In this document: positions 39,874 through 53,739 of the stretch, one piece after another | How positions within the stretch are numbered: the stretch's first letter is position 1 | How the letters are laid out: each line of letters begins with the position of its first letter | Assembly (NCBI GenBank): GCA_964016885.1 | Contig: OZ024740.1 | Location: forward strand, 14,136,001 to 14,200,000 | From: Eledone cirrhosa | Taxonomy: Eukaryota | Reading direction: 5' to 3' | Length of the DNA: 64,000 nt | Notes under the pieces: generated by a model | Seen by the model: the letters and a program-made list of their open reading frames with translations, nothing else | Database searches by the model: none | Told to the model about the DNA's origin: nothing | Position numbers and translations under genes: made by a program

Positions 39874-42413
39874 AAAGAACACAAGAGCGTCTACAACATC
39901 AAAAGATTTTTATTGGCTTACAATGTTTCTTCCTTACGTAACCGTAGAGTTCGTCAGAGCTATAAAAGGGGTTTGATTGGTGTTATGGACTCTCCCAACC
40001 AAACATTCAAGAACAAAGAGTAAAGAGGGTAAAGAGCAAAAGCAGGGGACGATAAGTCTAATTTTGGTGCGGGAGGGTGGGGTTTGGGTCCTTGTTTACT
40101 AGCTGTGGTCATATTCATTCCCGGGAGTCGAGTGGTTAGCTGAACCATAGATGGGGTGGCGTCGATAGTAGGGCGCAGAGGGTGTGCAGAGGCTACACAC
40201 ACACAAAAGGCATACAATATATATATAACGGAGGAGAAAGTACATGAGGTAATTATAAATGGAAAAAGAGTAATAATAATAATCTATAATTAATAATGTA
40301 TAATAAGGCATGGGGAAGATTACACTATAATAAGGTATAAAAGTAAGAATAAGGTAAAATATAAAGGAGGATAGAAGTGAAAATAAGAATAAAGATAAAA
40401 AATATATATAAAACATATATAGAGAATATATAAAGAAATATAAGCAAGTATTAGGAGGGGAAAACACAATGTAAAAAAAACCGATCTTTTCAAACAAAAA
40501 TATTATAAATATAGGGGGAGAAAACGGGATAGAGAAATATAATCCAATGTGATTATTTGAGAGAATATAAGATGATAATAGTTATGTCAAGTTTATACAT
40601 CCTAATAATAAACAATCTGTATATCAGAGTTACACATCCTTCAATTCACCTGCAGGTTCAAGCCACGTGGTATAGTCCATTGTTCATCCGTGCGGTCATG
40701 TGCGTTTGTTTTTGACACCACAGCAGATGCACAAGTTCGTAAATTCCAATGCAGATAGAAATCTATTTTTGCTTACCCAGACATTGACGGAGGATCCAAT
40801 ATTCCTAGTTCAATATGTGTGTGGTGTTATTTTGGTCGCACAAATCAATCACTTGGTCCAATATTATGGAGTATGGTTTTCTGGTCTTCGTAACAGTGTC
40901 AGTGGTTGTATATCTGGAAATCACAAGGATCACAGTACTCCGGTTTGGTGTGATTATCGGTCATCCAACTATGTTGTCGGTGGTTGGATTCAATTCTATT
41001 GCCCCGAACGTAGAACTTTGGTGTCCATTGAACATTAACGAGGCAGAGTGAGATCGCATCTGTGGTGCAAAACGGTACGCAATGAAATTCTTCGTCTTCG
41101 TTTCATCCGGGTCCAGCAGTCACGTGCAAGAACCGCTACGTAGTAATTGTGAGGGTAATCGGTCAAGATAGTAACTGACCGGAAATTCTCTTAGGAATTC
41201 AGACAGGCATGACAGGTACATTTAGGTCAACAGTTTCTTTATGTGTACGTGTGTCCGATACACACAGACACATATCTATATGTATTTCAACTCAAAAAAT
41301 TCAGTTGACTCGCTTATTGATGTTATATCTCTGTTGCTCCGATGTGCATGTTCTGGTCACGTCTAGCATTCACTGTGTTTTGCCATTACCTTGGAATGTG
41401 ATGTTATGGTCATCAATAGTCCGGCAAGCGCATTCCTCTCTTATATTGTGGAGAATGGTGTTCTGGTCCTCAGTAAACATTTGGGTCAGCAGGAGGGGTG
41501 GTGGTTCTCAGTTTCAACTGCGACAATACATATGTGTTACACCACATATCGTGCTCCTCTCAAAGAGGAGTATTATAGGAGGAATTCATGCCAAACACCA
41601 CATATAGAGTAGAATTCTACAGAAAAAAATATACATACATACACACACATATACATATCATACGCACACAATACACATATACACATACATATACATATAC
41701 ACATACATATCACATATACACATACACACAATATAATACAGATGCATACAATATACGTATATATATATACATACAATATACATGTATACAATACACGCAC
41801 ATATGCGTGCATGCATGCACACACGTACGCACACATACATACCCATGTCTGTGTGTGTGTGTGTGTGTGAGAGGAAAGGAGGATACACACACACACACAG
41901 ACACAGACACACACATACGCACACACACAAACACCAACCTTGTAGGGAACTGTTCCACTCTCAGGCTACCTATCTATCTGGGTTATGGTGTGGGGGGAGC
42001 TATAGTCAAGGAGGGATATGTCTAGGTGGGGGTTGCGTAATATATGTTACGTCTATGTGCTAGGTTTAAAATAGAAGAAGGAACTCAGGATTTTGTGTTG
42101 ACAAGAGGAGAAAATTTCCGATTTCCTGTTAAGCAGGTTCAGTTTAGAGTGTATTATGGCATGGCATTCCAGTAAACACAGGTCACAACTCCCGCTCTGC
42201 GGTTGGTATGGCGTGGATCTAGTAAGCTTCCTCCAAAAAAGTTTGTATGGGGTACTATTATTTTTTAAGAAGGAGATGTATCCCGCCAGTGAGGTGGCAT
42301 TCTTATGTCTATCGTGTCTAAATGTGTAGATATGCGCGTTAAATCTAGTTTTAAATGTATTGGACGTTGCTCCTATATATGTTTTGGTAGAGTTGTGTGT
42401 GGTTACGTCACAT

Positions 42414-44609
42414 AGGGGCTTTAACGATAAAAGAGATATCCTGGTCACCTCGGATAAAACCAGAAATATTTATAGCTTAAATTATGATACGTATCGCAGG
42501 TTTATATACAATGAATTAAATAGAAACTATAAAAAGACAACAAGCGCAAACCTAGATGAAATTAATAAGGAAGCATGCGCCATAGTGGATAAACTAGGCC
42601 TGGAAAAGTATACCCAACCATATACCCCTAGGCAACCCAGGTTCACCCTTAAAGACCATAAGGCTGACTTCATTAGTAAACCCTCTGTTAGATTAATTAG
42701 CCCATCGAAGTCGGATATAGGGATTATCAGTAAGAAAATTTTTGACGGCGTTATACCTACCATCAGGAGGAAAATAAATCTAGAGCTATGGGAGAATACG
42801 GAAGAGGTTTTGAAATGGTTCTCAAGCCTTAGCAACCATAAATCCCTTAAATTTATACAATTCGACATCGATGCGTACTACACCTCAATCTCCGCCATAC
42901 TCCTTAATAAGGCCCTAATCATGGCCATGCAGAAAAGTGACCTCACTTGGTCTCCAATTGATGTTATTCTTGCGGCCCGGAAAACGATAATCACATTTGA
43001 GGACGAATTGTGGACCCGCAAGAATACGCCCAATAACTTCGACATCACAATGGGATCTAGTGACTCTGCACAAGTAACGGACCTGGTAGGATTGTACCTC
43101 TTAAAGGAGTTACATGAGACATTACCACACTTGAAGGGCGGATTATATCGTGATGACGCCCTCCTCACTCTCGAGTATAAAAAGTGCAATATAGAAAGAA
43201 CTAGGAAACAGTTACGTAGGTTCTTTAAAAGCTTTAATCTAAGTATTACCATAGATGCAAATGACAAAACAGTAAACTTCCTAGACGCCACTCTTGACCT
43301 AGAAACTAAAACATTTGCACCCTACCATAAACCCAATGATAGACTAACATATGTAAACGCCAGCTCCAACCACCCCAAATCAGTCCTAAACGCTATTCCC
43401 AAGGGGGTCTCTAATAGAATTAGCAGACTGTCCTGTAATGAGAGTATCTTCAACTCCAATGCAGAGTATTATGACAAGGCCCTAGCAGAATCTGGTTACC
43501 GGAATGGATTATCATATATACATAAGGACTCCCAAACCACGAGTGTGAAACCTACCAACATAATCACGCATAGTATGGCCACAAAGCCTAACCAACTTAG
43601 AGGCAAGAATAATAGTAAGAACCCTAATGGCGGTAACCCAGCTAAATGTAAACCACGTAGAGACAATAATAGAGTCCCTCACCACAACTCTAAAGCAGCA
43701 AATGGTCATGCCATGAATATAAACCATCCGGACATAAGCAAAACAGACAGCGCCACTAACTTTAATAACGGAACCCTACAAAATAGTACGCACAGTAACG
43801 AGACTCACCCCATAGATAAGAAAAATAGAAGAAGGAAAAACATGTATTTTAACCCACCTTTTAACTCTGAGGTCCTTACTAACCTCCCCAGAGTATTCTT
43901 CTCATTATTGGAAAAAAACTTCCCACCAGGCAGTAGATATCGCAACATAATTAACAAAAACGTGATTAAATTATCCTATTCGACCACACCTAACCTCGCA
44001 TCACACCCAGCACGCACGAACATTAGGAAAACTAGGGAAGGTTTCGAAGCAATTAAAATGGCAGTTAACCACCAGCAACCGACTACACTGGAAAATGGGC
44101 AACATAATAGCATCACTGAGCCATCTAATGATATAGAGGCACTTAGTGATAATGCTAGTAACCAATGTTCGAGAGGTACGCTAACTGATCGAACCCGCAG
44201 TTGCAATTATAGGCGGAGTAGTAATTGTCCCATAAGGGGGGCTTGCCTCATGAAAAACATCGTATATGCATGTGACGTAACCACACACAACTCTACCAAA
44301 ACATATATAGGAGCAACGTCCAATACATTTAAAACTAGATTTAACGCGCATATCTACACATTTAGACACGATAGACACTGGCGGGATACATCTCCTTCTT
44401 AAAAAATAATAGTACCCCATACAAACTTTTTTGGAGGAAGCTTACTAGATCCACGCCATACCGACAGCAGAGCAGGAGTTGTGACCTGTGTTTACTGGAA
44501 TGCCATGCCATAATACACTCTAAACTGATCCTGCTTAACAGGAAATCGGAAATTTTCTCCTCTTGCCAACACAAAATCCTGAGTTCCTTCTTCTATTTTA
44601 AACCTAGCA
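42414..44609 (+). pseudogene. PLE RT / GIY-YIG ORF (5'-truncated; 16-nt deletion in EN)
   Basis: SDKTRNIY, LKDHK, FIQFDI, FDITMGS, GLYRDD, VNFLD, IVYAC..YIGAT. Frameshift at ~44376; the intact C-terminus is preserved in the left arm (ORF 42053-42413, minus strand). Confidence 0.92.
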
Positions 44610-44793
44610 CATAGACGTAACATATATTACGCAACCCCCACCTAGACATACCCCTCCTTGACTATAGCTCCCCCCAACCCATAACCCAGATAGATAGGTA
44701 GCCTGAGAGTGGAACAGTCCCCTACAAGGTTGGTGTTTGTGTGTGTGCGTATGTGTGTGTTAGTGTCTGTGTGTGTGTGTGTATCCTCCTTTC

Positions 44794-44835
<42 letters not shown>

Positions 44836-45642
44836 TGGGTATGTATGTGTGCGTACGTGTGTGCATGCATGCACGCATATGTGCGTGTATTGTATACATG
44901 TATATTGTATGTATATATATGTATATTGTATGCATCTGTATTATATTGTGTGTATGTGTATATGTGATATGTATGTGTATATGTATATGTATGTGTATAT
45001 GTGTATGTGTGTGCGTATGATAAGTATATGTGTGTTATGAAGACCAGAAAACTATACTCCATAATATTGAACCAAGTGATTGATTTGCGCGACCAAAATA
45101 ACACCACACACATATTGAACTAGGAATATTGGATCCTCCGTCAATGTCTGGGTGAGCAAAAATAGATTTCTATCTGCATTGGAATTTACGAACTTGTGCA
45201 TCTGCTGTGGTGTCAAAAACAAACGCACATGACCGCACGGATGAACAATGGACTATACCACGTGGCTTGAACCTGCAGGTGAATTGAAGGATGTGTAACT
45301 CTGATATACAGATTGTTTATTATTAGGATGTATAAACTTGACATAACTATTATCATCTTATATTCTCTCAAATAATCACATTGGGTTATATTTCTCTATC
45401 CCGTTTTCTCCCCCTATATTTATAATATTTTTGTTTGAAAAGATCGGTTTTTTTTACATTGTGTTTTCCCCTCCTAATACTTGCTTATATTTCTTTATAT
45501 ATTCTCTATATATGTTTTATATATATTTTTTATCTTTATTCTTATTTTCACTTCTATCCTCCTTTATATTTTACCTTATTCTTACTTTTATACCTTATTA
45601 TAGTGTAATCTTCCCCATGCCTTATTATACATTATTAATTAT

Positions 45643-45825
45643 GCGGTGGATTGGCAGTATCGGTAGAGGGTCGGACGCCATGCTTTCCAGCATAGTTACG
45701 TCCCTTTACGATCTGAGTTCAAATCCCGCCGAGGTTGACTTTGCCTTTCATCCTTACGGGGTCGATAAAATAAAGTACCAGTAATGCACTGGGTAATTGC
45801 TGGCCTTGTGCCTAAAGTAGAAACA
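45643..45825 (+). mobile_element. tRNA-derived SINE inserted in the right PLE arm
   Basis: Absent from the left arm. Flanked by a 9-bp TSD ATTAATTAT (45634-45642 and 45826-45834). Confidence 0.9.
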
Positions 45826-46147
45826 ATTAATTATAGATTATTATTATTACTCTTTTTCCATTTCTAATTACCTCCTCCATTATATATATATTGTATGCCT
45901 TTTGTGTGTGTGTAGCCTCTGCACACCCTCTGCACCCTACTATCGACGCCACCCCATCTATGGCTCAACTAACCACTCGACTCCCGGGAATGAATATGAC
46001 CACAGCTAGTAAACAAGGACCCAAACCCCACCCTCCCGCGCCAAAATTAGACTTATCGTCCCCTGCTTTTGCTCTTTACTCTTTTTACTCTTTGTTCTTG
46101 AATGTTTGGTTGGGAGAGTCCATAACACCAATCAAACCCCTTTTATA

Positions 46148-46192
46148 GCTCTGACGAACTCTACGGTTACGTAAGGAAGAAACATTGTAAGC
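46148..46192 (+). ncRNA. Minimal type I hammerhead ribozyme (mirror copy at 39916-39960, minus strand)
   Basis: GCT-CTGACGA-ACTCTACG(GTTA)CGTAAGGAA-GAAA-C(ATT)G-TA-AGC, then AATAAA. Confidence 0.75.
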
Positions 46193-46349
46193 CAATAAAA
46201 ATCTTTTGATGTTGTCGACGCTCTTGTGTTCTTTATCATATATACGACTCTGCTCCAAAGCATAGAGCTAATTATTATGCTGCCAATACCTTAATGGGAC
46301 ACGGGTATACAATACCTAACTCCTATTAACCTAAGTATATATATATATG

Positions 46350-46552
46350 TAGATCCCGGGTTAAATCGGGGATAACCACAGTAAGTAGGGTACTCAATAC
46401 ATAGCAGAGTAAAAGTAATTTAATATAGAAATGGCTTCTACAGGACTAGAACAGTTTCATTCAGAGAAAATCATCAGAAAGCGCTTTATGATGATGATTT
46501 CCTCCGAATGAAACCGTTCTAGTCCTGTAGCAGCCATTTCTATATTAAATAT
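46350..46552. repeat. Small fold-back with degenerate hammerhead cores
   Basis: 46418-46476 is the approximate reverse complement of 46490-46550. (C)TGATGA-TTT..GAAT-GAAAC on both arms; left unpaired tail. Confidence 0.7.
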
Positions 46553-46561
46553 ATATATATA

Positions 46562-47031
<470 letters not shown>

Positions 47032-47269
47032 AGAATCTGCGGTGCTGAGACCGAGGAGTTCACTAATCATGTGATACTCGATGGATGGGAAGATATAGAG
47101 TGAGTACAGACATATATGAAATCCCGACCATGGCGTATATATAGCTGTTGAAACGGGCGGAGCTCAGCCGTCGGGGGCCTGAATCGAGTATTCTGGTGGG
47201 TTATAGTATTCCGGCGTTGGCTAACAGCGGCTTCTCACAACCTATCACTTACTCTCCCACTAGCAACAA

Positions 47270-48252
47270 CACCATTAAGAAAAGTAAGCGCAACAATAGA
47301 TAAACTAACTGGTTCTCTCCTCTCTTCTCACTCAACGTTAAAGCCAATGTAGGAAAAACATTTCTAACCCTCTTAGATAGACACTTCCCTATAGGTCATA
47401 AATACCGCTCCATCTTTAACCGACACAAAGTTAAACTAGGATACTCCTGCGCTTAGAACATGAAGGCCCACATCACCAGCAGCCCTAGGAGCAACACCCC
47501 ACCAGGGTGCTCTTACCGTAAGCCTGAAGCTTGCCCCCTTCAACAGCAATGCAACAGACCAGCTGTAATTTATGAAGCTGTGGTCACTTCCAACCGACCA
47601 AACGAACCACAGGAGGTCAAATCCTATGTGGGCATGGCGGAGGGCCGATTAAAGAACGTTTCCTGAACCTCCAGTCTACCTTCAGGTACCAGGACAGACG
47701 TTCATCCACGAAACTCGCGAGCCACGTATGGTCTCTCAAGGACTCAAGTGTAGACTACTCCATTCAATGGAAAGCCATCACTAAGTCCAAGCCATACGCA
47801 AGGGGAAATCCAACGTGTGGATTATGTATTGACGAACGAATAACTATTCTAAAGAGATTACGCAATAGTGATTGCCTAAACACGAGAAATGAATTGTTCA
47901 CACGTTGTCCACACGTCGCCAAACACCTATTGCATAACTACAAGGCTCCGGACTGATTCTTTGTAATTTTATTTTCAACCTAAAAACTTTTCGGACTTTC
48001 GCAGTTACCTCCCTTACACCTCTCGCACGCAGTCTAGTATTGCCTGTGTGAAGTGACCGAGTTTCTGCGCATGCGCGTTCGTACAGTTGTCCTTCCAGTT
48101 CCTATAACCATGTCCATTCCGAGCTGAGGATCCGCTAAGGTGAGACAATTGTTCTCGGTATGGTGAACTAACTGTTGTGTAACCACTTCTACCTAACTCG
48201 TCCCATGGACTGAGTGCTCTACCACTACGGATATTACCTTCCAGTGTTCTAC

Positions 48253-48258
<6 letters not shown>
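47270..48258 (+). mobile_element. Naiad-type PLE 3' fragment (GIY-YIG plus pLTR with mutated hammerhead at 48114-48163)
   Basis: WFSPLFS.NV..NVGK.FL.LLDRHFP, CPLQQQC..VIYEA..YVG. Hammerhead: CCGAG-CTGAGGA-TCC(GCTAA)GGT-GAGA-C(AATT)G-TT-CTCGG. Confidence 0.85.
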
Positions 48259-48300
<42 letters not shown>

Positions 48301-48426
48301 ATAATAATAAATGTGAAGACTAAAATCCAAAGAGGGCTCGATAAGGATAAAGCGATTCTTTGCTTAAACTTTGATCTGTTATTTTAATAATTAATATATA
48401 TATATATATGCGTGTTTATATATATA

Positions 48427-48531
<105 letters not shown>

Positions 48532-48544
48532 TTATATATTCGTG

Positions 48545-48611
<67 letters not shown>

Positions 48612-48614
<3 letters not shown>

Positions 48615-48967
48615 CTAGACCACCCGTGACCCGTTGTGTCACGTTCACTTAAAAATATTATTTTAGAATCATGTTCACTTAAAAATAATCTTTAAATAAT
48701 TAAAATATACACAAACATATCTCTCTTTCAATCTACTCTCTCACAACCAATATCTCTTTCTATCATTCTCTCTCTCTATTTATGAAGGTACTCGGTAAAA
48801 CCCCATATCTTGGGAACCCGTGCTCCGATTTACATGAAAGATGTTTTATTCCATTTGTATTTCCATTTCAGGAGCAACTTCCTTCAAAGTATTCTACCAC
48901 TATGGGCCGTTTTAGCTGTATTACATTACAGACAAGCACACAACCACAGTATTAGTAGTATATAGAT
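48612..48967 (+). mobile_element. HINE/Helentron-like non-autonomous element
   Basis: Starts ATACTAGAC..CGTGACCCGTTGTGTCACG (hairpin) and ends ACAGACAAGC..TAGTATATAGAT. Confidence 0.45.
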
Positions 48968-49091
48968 GTATATATTTTGACTCCCATGTCAGGTGTACTC
49001 TGCTAGTTCTCACCTTTGTCGATTAACACAACCAGCGAATTATTTCTGTTACCCTTTCCCACTATATATATCTGACCATTCATATCCAACA

Positions 49092-49130
49092 TACTCTGAA
49101 GAGATCTAATGTGGTTGAAACATGTCCGTT
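49092..49130 (+). ncRNA. Degenerate hammerhead motif
   Basis: CTGAAGA-GATC(TAATGT)GGTT-GAAA-(CATG)-TC. The first pair of stem I is mismatched. Confidence 0.5.
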
Positions 49131-49298
49131 GCTTATAGACAAGCTCAATTCCTATTGTATTGTTATAAATTGCTCCAAAAGACTTGGACCCTTCAAGGTT
49201 ATAGTAGTTATCTCCCTTGCTTGCTCACCATCACCTGAACACCTTTAAAGATAGTCTCTGTCTTGAAATTGCGTGTATAGTCTGGGATTGCCAACGAC

Positions 49299-49372
49299 GG
49301 CTATGAAGAATTGTACCCCATATCTTCCAGATACCAGTATCTGGAAGATATGGGGTACAATTCTTCATAGCA
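49299..49372. repeat. Perfect ~33-bp hairpin
   Basis: GCTATGAAGAATTGTACCCCATATCTTCCAGATAC-CA-GTATCTGGAAGATATGGGGTACAATTCTTCATAGC. Confidence 0.9.
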
Positions 49373-49469
49373 GCCGAGGGCAATTTATTTTTATGTCTGT
49401 TAAGGGTTTTCACCCTATTTTATAAACTATCTTTATAGCATTTCTGCGCTTGAGCACTTTCTTTATACT

Positions 49470-49517
<48 letters not shown>

Positions 49518-49769
49518 CAACAAACCATATAACTCCTTGTTTATATATATATATATATAATCAACAAACCATATAACTCCTTGTTTATATATATATATAT
49601 ATATATATAGTAATAATAATAAATTTGAAAACTAAAATCCAAAGAGGGCTCGATAAGAATAAATATATATCAAATATATACGAACCGTAGAGCAAATATT
49701 TATTTAAATAACAGATTAAAGTTTAAGCAAAGAATCGCTGCTTTCACCCTTAACGGGATCTTCTGAAGA

Positions 49770-49868
49770 AGAGACATACCCATGAAAATCATACCTTATC
49801 GGTTCACTGAATAGACTATCCAGTGAATTTCCAACCGATAAGGTATGATTTTCCATGGGTATGTCTCT
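49770..49868. repeat. ~35-bp-arm hairpin beside a degenerate hammerhead-like motif (49735-49770, minus strand)
   Basis: AGAGACATACCCATG..ATCGGTT / AACCGAT..CATGGGTATGTCTCT. Confidence 0.8.
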
Positions 49869-49991
49869 ATTTATAAAACAAACTTTGTATTTTATCTGAT
49901 GAAAGCGTACCAATGCTGTCTTGGTTGCCTTTGAAATATATATAATAAAATAAATATAGTTTTATAAATATAGTTTCCATTTATTTAATAT

Positions 49992-50022
<31 letters not shown>

Positions 50023-50190
50023 GTGAAAAATGGAACGGGAACAAAACAGAGGCAGTATGAACAAAGGTTTATTAGTTTCACGCTCTTGAGAGTGGGGGGG
50101 GGGGGACGACATATATATATATATATATATAATGACGGCGATGAATTTGTTTTGCGAAGTTTTGATATGAAATCGTGTGTCGAAACAAAT

Positions 50191-50329
50191 ATTGTTATTC
50201 TTGGGGAGGGTCATATTGTTGTAATAATATTGCCAGAAATAATAACAGAACACACTCACAGTGAGTGTGTTCTGTTATTATTTCTGGCAATATTATTACA
50301 ACAATATGACCCTCCCCAAGTATAACAAT
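50191..50329. repeat. Fold-back (~68-bp arms) of the PLE terminal-repeat family
   Basis: ATTGTTATTCTTGGGGAGGGTCAT..CACACTCAC-A-GTGAGTGTG..ATGACCCTCCCCAAGTATAACAAT. Confidence 0.9.
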
Positions 50330-50631
50330 GTATATATATATCCGAAAATTTATATATATAAAGCCACAAATTTAGCTTCGTATATTATATAGACACACAC
50401 ACACTCACACACATATATATATATATAGTGGGAGGGGGGCGTGTGTGTGATTGCATGTTGTAAATATACATATGTGTATATATGTATATATGTATTATAT
50501 ATGTATATGAATATATATATACATGTTTATATAAATACACACACACACGCACACATATATATATATGTGTGTGCGTGTGTTTCAGATGCATTTTGCTAAA
50601 AAGCAATGAACACAAGATTTAAAAGAGTATT

Positions 50632-50691
<60 letters not shown>

Positions 50692-52193
50692 ATATATACT
50701 TGTATATGCGGCAGTAGTTTTATCTATCTACTTATCCATTCACCGCCTCCACCATTCACCTACCTTTATATCTGTTCGCTGCCAGGTACAAAATATTTCC
50801 TGTGTATTCAACTATCAATCTGCAGTATTTGGTGCATGCATCAATGACGCATTCACTGCACACCTTCTACAGCACAATCTATGACCCCCCCATAACCCTA
50901 CCCACAGTCTATGAGCCCCCACAACCCAACCCATACCCCCCAAAACATTCTATTGAATTCTTCGTCACCGTGGCATCTCCGCTCCCGTTATACCACCACC
51001 ACCACCACCACAACCACCGCCACCATCATCGGAATTTGAAATGTGAATATTTTTTCTGTTGCTCTTCCGATTCTGCTATCCACCATCTTGTGAATTAGTC
51101 TAATATTTAAAACAGACGTTTTATGTGAGTGCTAGATGACCAATGGTAAGAACGGGTCCCCATATAATTACTCTGTATCTCTATAGCCAAGAAGAAATAG
51201 AACTGGTTCGCCAGTCACATACCACAACCCTATCAATACCACCATACCGTGCTAAACATTTCCCCCCAAACATCTTCTGGAATTTTCTACTTGTCCAGGA
51301 TTTCCCTCTTCACAGCTTCACAGAAACATGTTGAAAGAGAACATTAATCTAACAAACAGACGACCATGTTGGAAATATTAGAAGAAAGCGATCCATAAAT
51401 CTGAGAGAATTCTAGAAATGTAATTTATAAATGTAAATGTAAGGAGAGAAAGAAGAAGAAAGGATGGCAAAAAAGAAAAGAAAGAAGAAAGGAGAGCAAT
51501 AAAGAAGAGAAAGAAGAGCAAAAAAGAAGAGAAAGAAGAAAGGAGAACAAAAAAGAAGAGAAAGAACAAAGGAGAGCAAAAAAGAAGAGAAAGAAAGAAG
51601 AGAAAGAAGAAAGAAGAGCAAAAAAGAGAAAGAGAGAAGGAGTAAAAAACTGAGAAAGAAAAGATAGAAAATAGAAGATATATATCAACCAACAACAACA
51701 ACAAACGGTAATAAATAAGATATGAAGAATTATTGGAATATTCCATTTTATTGCTATATTTCTTACTCTGGAAGTTTTTATGAAACTATCTTCGTGTCGT
51801 TGCTAAACCTCTAATTTCACTACCAATGATCACAAGCTGGTTTACGGACCAACGTTGAGCCTAGATGAAGTCACACATCCTGCTAAAAATAATAACTAAA
51901 TCCTAATCCCTTCTTTCTTAAATAAAAAGTCGTTATTTAAACTTACATTAGGTAACGAGGTTTTACATAAACATAACTGAAATATATGACATGAGGGGCA
52001 TGGTTGGAACGCCTTTTATCATGTTTGATGAGTCAGTGCTAACATGGGGTTTAAACAACAACAACGGCAGCAGCAACAACATCAACAACAAAACCAACAA
52101 ACCGGTGTAGAGTGAGGGTGAATTGCATAAAACCTAAATATGCATTAACGATACTTGTCACTAATTAAACATTCGCAAACACACAATGTGTGC

Positions 52194-52259
<66 letters not shown>

Positions 52260-52430
52260 TTTGAACAATGAAAATAAAACCAAAGACAAAAGTGTTTTAC
52301 GACTGTTTCAGGTGGTTGGTTGATCATGATAAATCGAGATATTGACTAACTCGGTATTCTAAATTCATCTGACCGGCTTCCTCAGAAACAATGAACTATA
52401 ATCTTTATTTGTAAGATATGTAAGGAGGCT

Positions 52431-52718
52431 AAGGCATGGGCAACATTTTTCGAGAGTCGGACCGCATGAGATATGACTCATTATCCCCGGGCCGCAAGCG
52501 CTAATTTACGTTCGTACCAACATTAAAAAAGGGCGGTAACTCAGGTTTTTTTTATTTGTTTCTTCAGAATTCGTAGACGTTGTTTTCCTCGATCGTAAAC
52601 ATGATAGAAAGATAAATTACGACTGAAAAGTGGGGTAAAAAAAATCAGAAAGATTTCCCTTAGGTGACTTAGGCGAGCCATTCAGAAAGCTTCGCGAACC
52701 GGAGGTTGCCTATGACTG
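52431..52718. mobile_element. hAT (Charlie-like) MITE
   Basis: Imperfect TIRs AGGCATGGGCAAC / GTTGCCTATGACTG. TSD not clearly preserved. Confidence 0.55.
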
Positions 52719-52794
52719 ATTTAGAATCATGCTCCGGATAAAATAAACATGATAACAGATAAACGAATAAAAATTAGGATTCAAGAACCAAAGA

Positions 52795-53340
52795 TGATAA
52801 AAATACCCAATAATGTTAAACTAACCACAGAGTTTGAGGCAATCCAATGAAGATACACTAAGAAAATTGCCACGATGAAGGAGATGAGCTATTGGGAGAG
52901 GCTAAAAGAACTGAAATCTACTCCTTGGAATGAAGGTGGGAGAGATACGCAGTGATATACATATGGAAAATCCTGGAGAGACTTGCACCAAACTTTGGCT
53001 TTGAGAGCTGGACAAACCCCCGAACAGGACGTCACTGTGTGGTGCCAAAGGTCCCATCTCTCATATCTAGAGTAAAGAGCAGATATTTCAATAGCCTAGA
53101 GTTCAATGGGCCTCCAACTCTTTAGTAAGCTGCCAAGAAATTTGAGAGATCTGCATGGTGTGGACGTGGATGTATTCAAGATGCTGGATGAACCCACAGC
53201 ACGGTACGAAGGTAACCTAAAGGCAGCAGCAACAAACTCCTTCCCACATCAATGGCCAGCCAATACAGGCTGGATGTAGAAAGTGTAGCAACAAGGGTGC
53301 TCCAGCATGGCCTCAGCCAGATGGTTGGAACAGGTAAAAG
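52795..53340 (+). mobile_element. CR1/L2-group LINE 3' fragment
   Basis: Translates (with frameshift) to EMSYWERLKELK.YSLE.RWERYAVIYIWKILERLAPNFG, typical of an ORF2 C-terminus. Confidence 0.75.
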
Positions 53341-53739
53341 AGTAAAGAGCAGAAAATCAACCAGAAAAACAAGAAAAAAAAACTAGTAGAAAATAATAAT
53401 AAAAATAATGTGTAGAAAAAACTAAAATAAACATATAAACAATAGTAGAAGGAATGAGAGAGGGAGGTAAGTTATGAAAAGGGACCCTTTTAGAGAGATA
53501 AACAAATGCGCTGAGCAGCTGGCCAGGTGTGAGCCTCGCGAGCTGGAATGGCTTTTCCAGCGCGTCTCCCTTGCCGTCCACCGGGGAAACGCCTTCTCCA
53601 TTCTGTCCGCCGGGACTGTGGGGAGGCCACCGATATGAGTAACTGACTTGTCATTTTATCAGTCAGTTCTTCTACATTTGTAATATGTATTACGAGCACA
53701 TGAGTCAAATAATGTTTATATATATATATATATATAGTT

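Larger units (their letters stand above)
39869..46335 (+). mobile_element. Naiad-type PLE with a 2.5-kb inverted copy of its own 3' end upstream
   Basis: 39869-42413 is the reverse complement of 44270-46239 (with indels). RT ORF lies between the arms, a hammerhead lies near each outer end, and both ends abut TA repeats. Confidence 0.93.

Noticed and set aside
42360-42413. N-terminus of the 680-aa ORF
   Set aside because: The first ~18 codons are the antisense of the inverted arm, not a genuine start.
51140-51420. Possible host exon after a long polypyrimidine tract (minus strand)
   Set aside because: All three frames hit stops shortly after the candidate acceptor, and there is no recognisable domain.
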